Assembly (NCBI GenBank): GCA_944371995.1 | Contig: CALVYD010000004.1 | Location: 11,077-75,076, forward strand | DNA length: 64,000 nucleotides | Direction: 5' to 3' | Source of the DNA: an uncultured Bacilli bacterium | GTDB lineage: Bacteria > Bacillota_I > Bacilli_A > RF39 > UBA660 | In this document: positions 27,198 through 38,203 of the stretch, in pieces | How positions within the stretch are numbered: position 1 is the first letter of the stretch | How the letters are laid out: each line of letters opens with the position of its first letter | The notes under the pieces: generated by a model | Database searches by the model: none | The model's input: only the letters and a program-made list of their open reading frames with translations | What the model was told of the DNA's origin: nothing | Program-made: the position numbers and the translations under genes

Positions 27198-27994
27198 AAA
27201 AACGTGTACTTAGTGCTATTGTTATGATATTGATTTTTGTTCCATTATTAATTATTGGAGGTAAGGCATTTGCTATTTTTATGACTATACTTGCTGCTTT
27301 AGGATTATATGAATTAATTCATATTCGAGAAAGTAAAAAAGAGTTTCCATTCTTAATGAAGATTTTTGCTTATGTTATGGTAGTATTCTTTTCATTATCT
27401 CATTTTAACTCAATTACTTTTAGTTATACTATGGATTACCGAGTAGTGGCTTTTATGATTTTTGCCTTTTTATCACCTATGGTATTTATTCATGATTTTA
27501 AAAAATATAATTTAAATGATGCTTTATTTTTGATAGGATCAGTATTATTTATTGGTTTAAGTTTTAATTTATTTATTATTTGTCGTAATTATGATATTAC
27601 TTATCTTATTTATTTATTACTTATTACAACACTTACCGATACTTTTGCTTTGTTTACTGGTATGTTAATTGGTAGGCATAAATTGTGTCCTGTTGTTTCT
27701 CCTAAAAAGACTGTTGAAGGACTTATTGGTGGAACATTTGTTGGTACATTTGCTGCTACTGCCTTTTATGTTACGGTAATAGATCCGTCTATGTCTTTGG
27801 CATTTATTGTGATTATTACTATTATCTTATCTTTATTGGGACAATTAGGAGATTTAGTATTTTCTTCTATAAAAAGATATTATGATAAGAAAGATTTTTC
27901 TAATTTGATTCCAGAACATGGAGGAATATTAGATAGATTTGATAGTTTAATATTTGTTGTTTTAGCATTTATTATTTTTTCTAGTGTATTATAA
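27194..27994 (+). CDS. cdsA: Phosphatidate cytidylyltransferase
   Basis: DTFA..G...G, SPKKTVEG, SSIKR...KKD...IPEHGGILDRFDS. Confidence 0.95.
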   Translation: MKKRVLSAIVMILIFVPLLIIGGKAFAIFMTILAALGLYELIHIRESKKEFPFLMKIFAYVMVVFFSLSHFNSITFSYTMDYRVVAFMIFAFLSPMVFIHDFKKYNLNDALFLIGSVLFIGLSFNLFIICRNYDITYLIYLLLITTLTDTFALFTGMLIGRHKLCPVVSPKKTVEGLIGGTFVGTFAATAFYVTVIDPSMSLAFIVIITIILSLLGQLGDLVFSSIKRYYDKKDFSNLIPEHGGILDRFDSLIFVVLAFIIFSSVL

Positions 27995-28005
27995 AGGAGG
28001 CAACC

Positions 28006-29058
28006 ATGGGATTTCTTATTAATTTAATCTTATTTATATTAATATTAGGAAGTATTGTTTTTGTACATGAGTTTGGTCATTTTATGATGGCTAAACTTAC
28101 TGGCGTTTATGTATATGAATTTGCGATAGGTATGGGACCAAAGTTATGGAGTAAAAAGGGAAAAGAGACTGAGTATACTTTACGAGCTATTCCTATTGGC
28201 GGATTCTGTATGATGGCAGGAGAAGATTTAGAGGATGATGACTTAAAAAAAGTTCCTAAAAATAAAAGATTACAATCTAAAAAGCCTTGGCAACGTTTTT
28301 TAATTATGTTTTTTGGAGCTGGTAATAATTTTATTTTTGCGGTTTTATTACTTTTTCTTATTGGTCTTATCTGGGGAGGTTCTTCTATGGAACCTGTTGT
28401 TACTTCTGTTCTTAAGAATTCAGCAGCAGCTAATTCTGGAATTGAAGCAGGAGATAGAATTTTAGAAATTAATGGTCATTCTATTTCTACAACTGATGAT
28501 ATTAGTTTATATCTTGCTGTTGCTAATCCAGAGGAAGCTAGCGATATTAAAGTAGAAAAAGAAAATGATAGTATAAAAACATATTCTGTACAACCAAAAA
28601 AGAAGAAAGTAGATGGACAGACTACTTATCAATATGGTATTGGTATGGAGCAAGAAGTAGAACATGGATTATTAGCTGCTATTCAGTTTACTTATAAGAA
28701 GACTATTTCTATTTTTAAACAAATGGCTGTTACTGTTGGTTATTTGTTTACTGGTGGTATTAATATTTCTCAACTTAGTGGGCCAGTTGGAATTTTCTCT
28801 ATTGTAGGGAATCAAAGTTCTGCTGGAATTATGAATATCATTTATTTAGTAGCATTTTTAAGTATTAACGTTGGATTTATTAATTTACTTCCTTTACCAG
28901 CATTTGACGGAGGACATATTCTATTTATTATTATTGAAAAAATTAAAGGTTCTCCAGTTAATCCTGAGACAGAAAATAAGATTCATACGATAGGGTTGTT
29001 TTTATTAATGCTTTTAATGGTAGTTATTACATTTAATGATATTTTAAGATTATTTTGA
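28006..29058 (+). CDS. rseP: RIP metalloprotease RseP
   Basis: HEFGH, PDZ domain, NLLPLPAFDGG. Confidence 0.95.
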   Translation: MGFLINLILFILILGSIVFVHEFGHFMMAKLTGVYVYEFAIGMGPKLWSKKGKETEYTLRAIPIGGFCMMAGEDLEDDDLKKVPKNKRLQSKKPWQRFLIMFFGAGNNFIFAVLLLFLIGLIWGGSSMEPVVTSVLKNSAAANSGIEAGDRILEINGHSISTTDDISLYLAVANPEEASDIKVEKENDSIKTYSVQPKKKKVDGQTTYQYGIGMEQEVEHGLLAAIQFTYKKTISIFKQMAVTVGYLFTGGINISQLSGPVGIFSIVGNQSSAGIMNIIYLVAFLSINVGFINLLPLPAFDGGHILFIIIEKIKGSPVNPETENKIHTIGLFLLMLLMVVITFNDILRLF

Positions 29059-29075
29059 TTTTGGTAGGTGATTCT

Positions 29076-29255
29076 ATGAATCCTATAATTCTTCTTATTT
29101 GTATTTTGGTTGTCTCTTTTGTTACTTTTTTCATTGCTTATTCAGGGGAGAAAAGACAAATACAGCTAGACAAGAAAAAAAAGAAGTCTTATACAGATGA
29201 TCCTTCAATTTTGTTTGATGAGTATTCTCAAGATGAAGATATAGAAATTATATAG
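29076..29255 (+). CDS. Small membrane protein
   Basis: AGGTGA RBS; single TM; acidic tail. Confidence 0.55.
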   Translation: MNPIILLICILVVSFVTFFIAYSGEKRQIQLDKKKKKSYTDDPSILFDEYSQDEDIEII

Positions 29256-29309
29256 GTCATGAAGGTGACCTTTTAATTTTGTGCTATAATAAAAGAGGGA
29301 GGTAGGCAG

Positions 29310-31472
29310 ATGGTTGCTGGAGTTTTAGTACAACTTGCTAGTCAGAACGTGGATAAAATCTTTGACTATTCAGTACCTAGAGAGTTGGAAGATTCTATTA
29401 AATTAGGTATTCGAGTTTTGGTTCCTTTTGGAAGGCAGACCTTGGAGGGCTTTGTTTTAGAAATTAAAGATTCTAGTCAGTTGGAATTAAAAGAAATTTA
29501 TTCGATTGTAGATTATGATATTGTATTAAATGAAGAATTACTTTCTCTCGGGAAAGAAATACAACACGATACTTTGTCTACTTTAATCAGTGCTTATCAA
29601 GTGATGTTGCCTAAAGCATTAAAAGCAAAAGCAGGAACTACTATTCATAAAAAATTTCATACTTTTTATAAGATGGGACAAAATAATTATATTGGTACTT
29701 CTGTTCCACAGAGGAAAATATTAGAATTGTTTCAAAGTAAAGATATGATTCCTAAAGAGGAGTTAGTTTCTATTTCATCATCAGCACTTTCTACTTTGGT
29801 AGAAAAGCAAGTTTTATTTCCTGTTCAGATAGAGGATTATCGGTTAAAGTATGATATTCATCAAGATTCTAAGAAGGTTTTAACTCCTCTTCAGCAACAA
29901 GTCGTTGATAAAGTTATCCATGGAGATTATGAGAGACCATTTTTGTTATTTGGTGTTACTGGTAGTGGTAAGACTGAAGTTTATATGAATATTATTGAAC
30001 ATGTATTAAGTCAGGGTAAGACGGCTATTATTCTGGTTCCAGAGATTAGTTTGACACCTCAGATGGTTGAACAGTTTTCTAATCGTTTTGGTAATCAAAT
30101 TGCAGCACTTCATTCGGCTTTATCTGATGGTGAGAAGTATGATGAATGGAGAAGAATTGCTAGAGGAGAAGCTAGTATTGTGATAGGTGCTCGTAGTGCT
30201 ATTTTTGCTCCATTAAAAAATATTGGAGTTATTATCATGGATGAAGAACATAGTGATTCTTATAAACAGGGTGATAAAGATCCTAGATATCATGCTAGAG
30301 ATATTGCAATATGGAGAGGTAAGTATCATTGTTGTCCAGTTGTGTTAGGAAGTGCTACTCCTTCTTTAGAGTCTATGGCTAGAGCAAACAAGGGAGTGTA
30401 TCAACTTCTGGTTTTAAATAAGAGAGTCAATGGTCGGTCGCTTCCTGATGTAGAAATTATTGATATGAATAGAGAAGCTAAGAATAGTTCTTCTCATCTA
30501 ACGCAGGTTTTGTTAGATGAGATTAAGCATTGTATTGATAGAGGGGAACAGACTATTTTATTTTTAAATAGGCGAGGATTCTCAACTTTTGTAACTTGTA
30601 AGAATTGTGCTGAGACGATTAAATGTCCTCATTGCGATATTACTCTTACTTATCATAAAAGTAATAAAATGCTACGGTGTCATTATTGTGGATATGCAAC
30701 ACCACTTCCTAAAGTTTGTCCTAATTGTGGTGAAGAAGCATTATCTGATTTAGGCGTTGGTACAGAAAAAATAGAAGAAGAACTACATACCTTATTACCT
30801 TATGCCAGGGTTCTTAGAATGGATGTTGATACGACTAGTAGAAAAGGTGCTCATAAGAAGATGATTGAAGCATTTAGAAATCATGAATACGATATTTTGC
30901 TTGGTACACAGATTGTTGCTAAGGGTCTTGATTTTCCAGATGTGACTTTAGTTGGAGTTGTTAATGCTGATACTAGTTTAAATATTCCAGATTTTCGTAG
31001 TAGTGAAAATACTTACTCATTACTTTCTCAGGTTGCTGGTAGGAGTGGTAGAAGTGATAAGCAGGGAAAGGTTTTGATTCAAACCTTTAATCCTGATCAT
31101 TATGCAATCTCTTATGTTAAACATCATGATTATTTAGGATTTTATAAAGAAGAGATGTTTGTTCGAAGAAAGCTAGGATATCCTCCTTATTATTATCTTT
31201 GTTATATAAAAATTAGTGGTAAGGATGCAAAGTATATATTTCAAGAAGCACTAAAGATTAAACAGTCTTTAGAGCGTATGTTAGAGCATACTACTATCTT
31301 AGGTCCTACATCTCTTCCTATTTTTAGGGTAAATAATATTTATCGATATGGTATTATTTTGAAGTATAAAAAAGAAGATAGATTGCGTCAAGATTTATTT
31401 AGAGTAAAAAATCATTATAAGACAAATAATAAAGTTAGAATAGATATTGACTTTAGTCCTAGTCATTTTTAA
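29310..31472 (+). CDS. priA: Primosomal protein N'
   Basis: GVTGSGKTEVY, DEEH, four CxxC zinc motifs, QVAGRSGR. Confidence 0.97.
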   Translation: MVAGVLVQLASQNVDKIFDYSVPRELEDSIKLGIRVLVPFGRQTLEGFVLEIKDSSQLELKEIYSIVDYDIVLNEELLSLGKEIQHDTLSTLISAYQVMLPKALKAKAGTTIHKKFHTFYKMGQNNYIGTSVPQRKILELFQSKDMIPKEELVSISSSALSTLVEKQVLFPVQIEDYRLKYDIHQDSKKVLTPLQQQVVDKVIHGDYERPFLLFGVTGSGKTEVYMNIIEHVLSQGKTAIILVPEISLTPQMVEQFSNRFGNQIAALHSALSDGEKYDEWRRIARGEASIVIGARSAIFAPLKNIGVIIMDEEHSDSYKQGDKDPRYHARDIAIWRGKYHCCPVVLGSATPSLESMARANKGVYQLLVLNKRVNGRSLPDVEIIDMNREAKNSSSHLTQVLLDEIKHCIDRGEQTILFLNRRGFSTFVTCKNCAETIKCPHCDITLTYHKSNKMLRCHYCGYATPLPKVCPNCGEEALSDLGVGTEKIEEELHTLLPYARVLRMDVDTTSRKGAHKKMIEAFRNHEYDILLGTQIVAKGLDFPDVTLVGVVNADTSLNIPDFRSSENTYSLLSQVAGRSGRSDKQGKVLIQTFNPDHYAISYVKHHDYLGFYKEEMFVRRKLGYPPYYYLCYIKISGKDAKYIFQEALKIKQSLERMLEHTTILGPTSLPIFRVNNIYRYGIILKYKKEDRLRQDLFRVKNHYKTNNKVRIDIDFSPSHF

Positions 31473-31518
31473 TAAAATATGATATTCTTATGTTAATGAT
31501 AATGATAGAGGTGATATT

Positions 31519-31746
31519 ATGGCAAGGAATCATTTTTTCTTATCGCAAAATGATATTGATGAAGAACCAAAAGTAAGTGTTAATGAGAAAAATAGTCGTG
31601 AATTTCAAAATTTAATGGAACATAGTCAGCGTAAGTATGATGATTACTGGGATATAAATAATCCACTTGTTCGAGCAATCCTTATTATTTTATTTTTAAT
31701 TGCTGCTATTGGTTCTGCTTATTATATTATTACATGGTTTAGTTAA
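31519..31746 (+). CDS. Small membrane protein
   Basis: GAGGTG RBS; C-terminal TM. Confidence 0.6.
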   Translation: MARNHFFLSQNDIDEEPKVSVNEKNSREFQNLMEHSQRKYDDYWDINNPLVRAILIILFLIAAIGSAYYIITWFS

Positions 31747-31771
31747 TTATAATACTGGGATGGTGGTGTAG

Positions 31772-32914
31772 ATGCTTTCTTCTGTTTTTGAAAACGATGA
31801 TGTTCTTTCTTTATTATCTAAAGTTTCTAGTAATCCTAGATATTATGATAAAAAGAAAAAAGATTCTATTAATTATGAGAAGTTCTCCGGGCTTGAGCAG
31901 CCTATGTTTTTATTGTTTGATGCATTATTTAAGTATCAAATTATTATTAGGGATGATACTTATCTTAGAGACTATGTTCATCATTTAGAATTGTTATGGT
32001 ATAAGATTGATAATTTTCATGATATTAGTGAAGGTGTATGTAAAATCTTGGTTAAATTTTGTGCTAAAAAACTGGGATATAAGATGCAGATAGAAGAACA
32101 TAGAAGAGAAATTTTGGAATATATTTACCAGAAATATATTGTGGAAGGGTATTTGTTCCATGGAATTTCTGATGTATATGTTTCTACTATTAAGAAAGAA
32201 GGATTTTCTCCACAACTTTATGAGAATTATTATCCTCGTTTTTTAGAAATTCAAAAACAATATCCAGCTTTTTTCTCTGATATGGATTTTCATCATGATT
32301 ATGTTTCTTTTACTGATGATTTTGTAATGGCATGTTATTATGCTACTTATAGTCCTATTTATTTTTCTAATTTTTTATGCCCATCTTCTTCTAAAAAACT
32401 TGAGCTTAATAGTTATGCAAAAAGGGATTATATGGGATGTTTTAGAAATTTACGTAATTTACTCAAAACAAAGGAGATTAATGAAGAAGATAGCAAGAAA
32501 ATAGAGACGCTTTGTCATAATCAGTGGAAATTATTGAAAAGAAATGAGTCTTGTCCTACGATTATGTTAGTAAAAAGAAGTGTCTTTGGTAAAAATGTAA
32601 TCCATGGAATTAACGAAATTTTGGAGGATGGAAAAGAAGATATCGGTATATTGGCACATCATATAATGGATTATAAATTTGATAGTTTATCATGGAATCT
32701 TCCGATTTCCTCTTCTAATATTGAATTTGTAAGTATTCCTTATGCATCCTTTGTTGTTGATGCTTTTAAAGAAGAAGATTCTGATAGTATAGAAGTTATT
32801 ATACCAAATGAAGAAGATAATACTGAAGATGGTAAAGTTTCATTCTTATTACTTTTAGGTTCTGTTTTAATTTTGACTGGTGTGTTATTTAGTGTTATTA
32901 TGTTGTATCAATAG
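31772..32914 (+). CDS. Hypothetical tail-anchored protein, possible ADP-ribosyltransferase-like fold
   Basis: YLFHGIS...IKKEGF and VSFTDD...ACYYA; C-terminal TM. Confidence 0.45.
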   Translation: MLSSVFENDDVLSLLSKVSSNPRYYDKKKKDSINYEKFSGLEQPMFLLFDALFKYQIIIRDDTYLRDYVHHLELLWYKIDNFHDISEGVCKILVKFCAKKLGYKMQIEEHRREILEYIYQKYIVEGYLFHGISDVYVSTIKKEGFSPQLYENYYPRFLEIQKQYPAFFSDMDFHHDYVSFTDDFVMACYYATYSPIYFSNFLCPSSSKKLELNSYAKRDYMGCFRNLRNLLKTKEINEEDSKKIETLCHNQWKLLKRNESCPTIMLVKRSVFGKNVIHGINEILEDGKEDIGILAHHIMDYKFDSLSWNLPISSSNIEFVSIPYASFVVDAFKEEDSDSIEVIIPNEEDNTEDGKVSFLLLLGSVLILTGVLFSVIMLYQ

Positions 32915-32924
32915 AGGTGAGGTT

Positions 32925-33872
32925 ATGGAAAAGGTTAAGATTGTATTCATGGGAACTCCAGATTTTAGTGTTCCTATTTTAGAGGGTTTAATAGAGAATT
33001 ATCAAGTCATTGGTGTTGTTACACAACCAGATCGTTGTGTTGGAAGACGTCAGGAAGTTGTTTTTTCTCCTGTTAAAGAGGTTGCTTTAAAATATCAAAT
33101 TCCTGTTTTTCAACCTGAAAAAATTCGAAATAATTATGATGATATTTTGGCTTTAGAGCCTGATATTATTATTACTTGTGCTTACGGGCAAATTATTCCT
33201 AAAGCTATTTTGGATTTTCCTAAATATGGTTGTATTAATGTGCATGCGTCACTACTTCCTAAATTGCGTGGCGGAGCACCGATTCATCATGCTATTATAG
33301 ATGGTTATGATAAGACAGGTATTACTATTATGTATATGGATGAAGCTATGGATAGTGGTGACATTATTTCTCAAAGAGAAACTGAAATTTTAGATAGCGA
33401 TACAGTGGAGACGTTACATGATAGATTAAGTAGCCTTGGAAGAGAATTATTACTTGATACTTTACCTAGTATTTTAGATGGTAGTGCTAAACGTATTAAA
33501 CAAGATGAATCGCTAGTTACTTATGCTTATAATATTAAAAGAGAAGAAGAGTATCTAGATTTTAGTAAAACTAGTTTAGAATTGTTTAATCAGATACGTG
33601 GACTTTCTCCTTTTCCTGGCAGTTCTTGTATTATTAATGATAGGGAATTTAAAGTGTATTTTGCTAGAATATCTTCTGTTCAATCTAGTTTGTTTCAACC
33701 CGGGGAAATACTTCATATTTATAAAGATGGTATTGGTATTGCGACTCAGGACTATGAGATTGTGCTTTTAGATATAAAACCTTTTGGTAAAAAAAGGATG
33801 CTAGCTAGTAGTTTTATTAATGGAATTAAAAAAGAAGAATATATAGGGAAGGTAGTTTATGGACGAAAATAA
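32925..33872 (+). CDS. fmt: Methionyl-tRNA formyltransferase
   Basis: IVFMGTPDF, VTQPDR, INVHASLLPKLRGGAPI. Confidence 0.97.
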   Translation: MEKVKIVFMGTPDFSVPILEGLIENYQVIGVVTQPDRCVGRRQEVVFSPVKEVALKYQIPVFQPEKIRNNYDDILALEPDIIITCAYGQIIPKAILDFPKYGCINVHASLLPKLRGGAPIHHAIIDGYDKTGITIMYMDEAMDSGDIISQRETEILDSDTVETLHDRLSSLGRELLLDTLPSILDGSAKRIKQDESLVTYAYNIKREEEYLDFSKTSLELFNQIRGLSPFPGSSCIINDREFKVYFARISSVQSSLFQPGEILHIYKDGIGIATQDYEIVLLDIKPFGKKRMLASSFINGIKKEEYIGKVVYGRK

Positions 33873-34584
33873 AGATTTTAATTCTACTTCTGATTCTAAA
33901 GATAAGGTTAGGGCTTTTTTTAAAACACCTCGTGGAAAAGCAGTTCTTTTCTTTGGTGTCTACTTTATATTTTTTATAGGATTAGCTATATTTTCACGTG
34001 TTGCTGGTACAGGAAATTCTATTAGTCCTCAATTAAATGTTTCTCCTTATTCTTATAGTTTGAATCAAATTTCTAATCATAATTATCATTATCGATATCA
34101 GTATCAAATTGATGATTTATCTTTTTCTTTTGAAGGAGACAGAGTTAATAATAGAAGTTTATTTAGTGATGGTACTACTTCTTATTATCAAAAAGATGAT
34201 TTGTTTATGAAAAATCAGGATGGTCTTTGGATAAAATGTGATAATCCTTATATTTTTCCTTCGTTTTTAGATGATTCTATTATTAATACTCTTATTACTT
34301 CAGCTACTTATGTTTCTAAAACTGAACTTGCAACAGGGGAAGAAGAGATAAATCTTGAAATTAGTACTACGACGTTAGTTAAAATTTTAGATGGTGTTGA
34401 TGTAGATTTAGATGATCCTGTAAATACGATTCAGTTGAAGAAAGATACATCTTCAGAAGTAGTTGAAATTCGTTACAATTTAACTAGTTATGCTATTTAT
34501 CATGGAAGTTGTACTTCTCAATTTCAGTTGATACTTTCCTATTCTAATTTTGGAGAAAATTCAGAGATTCAAGACCCTGCATAA
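33859..34584 (+). CDS. Hypothetical membrane-anchored protein
   Basis: Single N-terminal TM; beta-rich extracellular domain. Confidence 0.65.
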   Translation: MDENKDFNSTSDSKDKVRAFFKTPRGKAVLFFGVYFIFFIGLAIFSRVAGTGNSISPQLNVSPYSYSLNQISNHNYHYRYQYQIDDLSFSFEGDRVNNRSLFSDGTTSYYQKDDLFMKNQDGLWIKCDNPYIFPSFLDDSIINTLITSATYVSKTELATGEEEINLEISTTTLVKILDGVDVDLDDPVNTIQLKKDTSSEVVEIRYNLTSYAIYHGSCTSQFQLILSYSNFGENSEIQDPA

Positions 34585-34644
34585 AATGTTGTTTGGTCTT
34601 TTCTTTTATTTGTTGTATAATAATATAGATATTGGAGTGAGTCT

Positions 34645-35664
34645 ATGAATATATATAATTTAACCAGGGATGAAATGGAAGAATATTTTGTAAAGCTAGG
34701 ATCTAAAAAATTTCATGCTGATCAGTTGTTTTCTTGGCTTTATGAGAAACGTATTTCTTCTATTTCAGAGATTACAAATATTAAGAAGGAATTACTTAAT
34801 CAAGTTAGCTCTGATTATTCTTTTTCTAAATTAAATCTTGTTCAAGTAGAACGAGATGTTGATGTTTGTAAATATTTATTTGAACTTAGTGATGGTGAAC
34901 ATATTGAAGCTGTATTAATGATGCATGATTATGGAAACAGCGTTTGTATTTCTAGTCAAGTTGGTTGTAATATGGGATGTAGATTCTGTGAATCTGGTAG
35001 AAGAAAAAAAGTACGTAATTTAGAAACCTGGGAAATGGTTACACAACTTCTAATGATTGAAGAGGATTTAGGTATGCGAGTAAGTCATGTTGTTGTCATG
35101 GGAATTGGTGAACCTTTTGATAATTATGACAACTTATTAAAATTCTTTTTAATTATTAATCATCCTAAGGGTCTTGCGATTGGTGCTCGTCATATTACTG
35201 TTTCTACTTGTGGAATTGTTCCTAAAATATTAGAGTTTAGTAATTTTCCATTACAAATTAATTTAGCAATTAGTTTGCATGCTCCTAATGATGAACTTAG
35301 AAATCAAATTATGCCAATTAATAAAGTTTATCCTTTAAAAGAGTTAATTCATGCGTTAGAGATTTATTTAGAAAAAACAAATCGACGTATCACATTTGAA
35401 TATATTTTACTTTCTGGAGTGAATGATACTGACTCTTGTGCTTTAGAATTAGCTAGATTAGTTGGACATTTAAATTGTTATATTAATTTAATTCCGTATA
35501 ATGAGACAAATAATTTAGAATTTAGACGAAGTAATACTGTTCAAATTATGAAGTTTTATGATATACTTAAGAAGAATAGACTTAATGTCACAATCAGGAG
35601 AGAGTTTGGTAGCAAGATTAGTGCTGCTTGTGGACAACTTAGAAGTAAGAAGGAGGAGTTATGA
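34645..35664 (+). CDS. rlmN: Dual-specificity RNA methyltransferase RlmN
   Basis: CISSQVGCNMGCRFC, MGIGEP, ISAACGQL. Confidence 0.96.
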   Translation: MNIYNLTRDEMEEYFVKLGSKKFHADQLFSWLYEKRISSISEITNIKKELLNQVSSDYSFSKLNLVQVERDVDVCKYLFELSDGEHIEAVLMMHDYGNSVCISSQVGCNMGCRFCESGRRKKVRNLETWEMVTQLLMIEEDLGMRVSHVVVMGIGEPFDNYDNLLKFFLIINHPKGLAIGARHITVSTCGIVPKILEFSNFPLQINLAISLHAPNDELRNQIMPINKVYPLKELIHALEIYLEKTNRRITFEYILLSGVNDTDSCALELARLVGHLNCYINLIPYNETNNLEFRRSNTVQIMKFYDILKKNRLNVTIRREFGSKISAACGQLRSKKEEL

Positions 35665-36404
35665 AATCTTTTTATTTAACAGATGCAGGAAAAGTTCGCA
35701 GCCATAATGAAGATAGTGTCATTATTGTTAAAAATCAAAATGATGATTATTTAATGGCCATCGCAGATGGGATGGGAGGTCATTCTGCTGGAGAAGTAGC
35801 TAGTTCTATTGCGATTGGCTATTTAGGAAAATATTTTAAAGAAACTTTTTTAAATATGAGCAAAGTGGATGCTGTTAACTGGATTCGAGATGCGTTTAGT
35901 GAGATTAACACTTTAATTTTTCAGCATGAAAAAACACATCCTGAAAGTAAAGGAATGGGAACTACTTTAGTTCTTGCAATACTTACTAAAGATTATCTAT
36001 TATTTGGTAATGTAGGGGATTCTAGTGGCTTTGTTATGAAAGATGATAAACTTCATAAAGTAACCTACGACCATACTTTAGTTAATTTACTTGTTAGTGC
36101 TGGAGAGCTTACCAAAGAAGAAGCTAGTGTTCATCCTAAAAAAAATGTATTAATGAAGGCACTAGGTGCTGCTACTTCTGTTGAAGTTGATATTTTTGAT
36201 TGTGATATGGATATTACGGAGATACTTCTTTCTAGTGATGGACTTACTAATATGTTAGATAAAGATCAGATAGAAAAAGTTTTACTTAGTGATAATGACG
36301 TTGAAGATAAAGTTATTAAATTAATTCAAAAAGCGAATAATCGCGGGGGAACTGACAATATTTCGGTGGCTTATTTAATCCGTAGTGAAGAAGGTGACGA
36401 GTAA
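35661..36404 (+). CDS. prpC: PP2C-type Ser/Thr phosphatase
   Basis: RSHNED, ADGMGGH, GDS, SDGL, GGTDN. Confidence 0.93.
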   Translation: MKSFYLTDAGKVRSHNEDSVIIVKNQNDDYLMAIADGMGGHSAGEVASSIAIGYLGKYFKETFLNMSKVDAVNWIRDAFSEINTLIFQHEKTHPESKGMGTTLVLAILTKDYLLFGNVGDSSGFVMKDDKLHKVTYDHTLVNLLVSAGELTKEEASVHPKKNVLMKALGAATSVEVDIFDCDMDITEILLSSDGLTNMLDKDQIEKVLLSDNDVEDKVIKLIQKANNRGGTDNISVAYLIRSEEGDE

Positions 36405-38194
36405 TGATTACAAAGGGGCAAAAGATAAATGATCGTTATGAGATTATTCGTTCTATTGGTGAAGGTGGTATGGCCAATGTTTATCTTGGCTATGATACAA
36501 TACTAGATCGTAATGTAGCAATTAAAATTTTACGAGGAGATTTGTCTAGTGATGAAAAATTCGTTAGGCGTTTTCAGCGTGAAGCTTTATCTGCTTCTAG
36601 TCTTGCACATCCTAATATTGTTGAGATGTATGATGTAGGTGAAGATGATGGTGTTTATTACATTGTTATGGAATATGTGGAAGGAAAGACATTAAAACAA
36701 TTGCTTAAAAAACGTGGAAGTTTAACATTGTCGGAAGCTATTGACATTATGTTGCAGCTTACTGATGGTATGGCACATGCTCATGATTCTTATATTATTC
36801 ATAGAGATTTAAAACCGCAAAATGTAATGATTAAAGATGATGGTCAAATTAAAATAACAGATTTTGGTATTGCTATGGCACTTAATGCTACGCAACTTAC
36901 ACAAACAAACTCAGTCATGGGATCTGTTCATTATTTGCCTCCAGAACAAGCAAGTGGTAAAGGTTCTACTATTAAGAGTGATATTTATTCCATGGGAATC
37001 ATTTTTTATGAATTACTTACTGGTAGCTTACCTTTTAAGGGAGATAATGCTGTTGAGATTGCTTTAAAGCATATGCGAGATCCACTCCCTAGTGTTAGAG
37101 AAGATAATCCGGCTATTCCTCAAAGTATTGAAAACATTATCTTAAAAGCAACTGCTAAAAATCCTAAGAATCGTTATGATGATGCTAGACAAATGCATGA
37201 GGATTTACTTACCGCTTTAGATGATGATCGTATGAACGAACCTCCTTATAAATATCCTTATCCTGAACATGATACTGAGTCCACTAAGAACTTAAAGAAA
37301 ATTGAAGATATTGATAAAAATGGTGATCAGGAAGAAGAGGAAGAACCTGTTGCTACTAAGATAGAAGATAAAGGGGATAAAAAACGTAAAAAATTAATTA
37401 TTATATTATCTATTGTTTTTGGAGTGTTGGTTCTTGGCATTATAACGTTTGCCTTTATTATTCCTGCTGTTACTGCTTCTAAGCCAGTTATTGTTCCTGA
37501 TTGCGAAGGAGATAAAGTTAGTCAGTGTGAAAAGAAACTACAAGAGGCTGGATTAGAGGTTCGAACTAATATTAAAAGTGTGGCATCTTCTAAAATTGAA
37601 AAAGGTTTAGTAGTTCGTACTGATCCAGAAGAGGGACGAAGTGTAAAAGAGGGTACGAAAGTTACTATTTATAAATCTAGTGGTGAAGAAACTTTTGAAA
37701 TTAAGGATTACAGTGGAGAAAATTATATTGAGATTCAAACAATTTTGGAGACACAATATGGATTAAATGTTACAGTTGAAAAACGAGATGTTGATGCTAG
37801 TGATAGAGAATATGATCCACAGGAGATTATTGGTCAATCTTTAGCCGAAGGTAGTGAAGTAAAAGAAGGAGATTCTATTATTTTATATATTCCTAATATC
37901 GTAGAAAATTTCCCTGATATGGCTGGTTTAGGATGGGGATTAGCAGATGCACAAGCTTTCTGTGATAAATATGGATTAACTATTAGTGTTGAATATCAAG
38001 AGACTACTGCTTATGAAGAAGGTAAAATAATTGATCAGTCAAGAGCTGCTGGTAGTCCTATTGTTAAAGGACAAACACTTACTGTTACGATTGCTCAAAA
38101 ACCAAAACAGCAGTCAACACCATCCACACCATCTACTGGAGATGACGATGAAGAGACTACAACTCCATCAGATACAAATAATGGAACAGAATAG
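36404..38194 (+). CDS. prkC: PASTA-domain Ser/Thr kinase
   Basis: GEGGMA, HRDLKPQN, DFG, TM, three PASTA-like repeats. Confidence 0.95.
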   Translation: MITKGQKINDRYEIIRSIGEGGMANVYLGYDTILDRNVAIKILRGDLSSDEKFVRRFQREALSASSLAHPNIVEMYDVGEDDGVYYIVMEYVEGKTLKQLLKKRGSLTLSEAIDIMLQLTDGMAHAHDSYIIHRDLKPQNVMIKDDGQIKITDFGIAMALNATQLTQTNSVMGSVHYLPPEQASGKGSTIKSDIYSMGIIFYELLTGSLPFKGDNAVEIALKHMRDPLPSVREDNPAIPQSIENIILKATAKNPKNRYDDARQMHEDLLTALDDDRMNEPPYKYPYPEHDTESTKNLKKIEDIDKNGDQEEEEEPVATKIEDKGDKKRKKLIIILSIVFGVLVLGIITFAFIIPAVTASKPVIVPDCEGDKVSQCEKKLQEAGLEVRTNIKSVASSKIEKGLVVRTDPEEGRSVKEGTKVTIYKSSGEETFEIKDYSGENYIEIQTILETQYGLNVTVEKRDVDASDREYDPQEIIGQSLAEGSEVKEGDSIILYIPNIVENFPDMAGLGWGLADAQAFCDKYGLTISVEYQETTAYEEGKIIDQSRAAGSPIVKGQTLTVTIAQKPKQQSTPSTPSTGDDDEETTTPSDTNNGTE

Positions 38195-38203
38195 AGGGAC
38201 TAT

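Noticed and set aside
25897-29058. No rimM/trmD after khpA and no dxr between cdsA and rseP
   Set aside because: Common rearrangement or loss; cannot be judged without the rest of the genome
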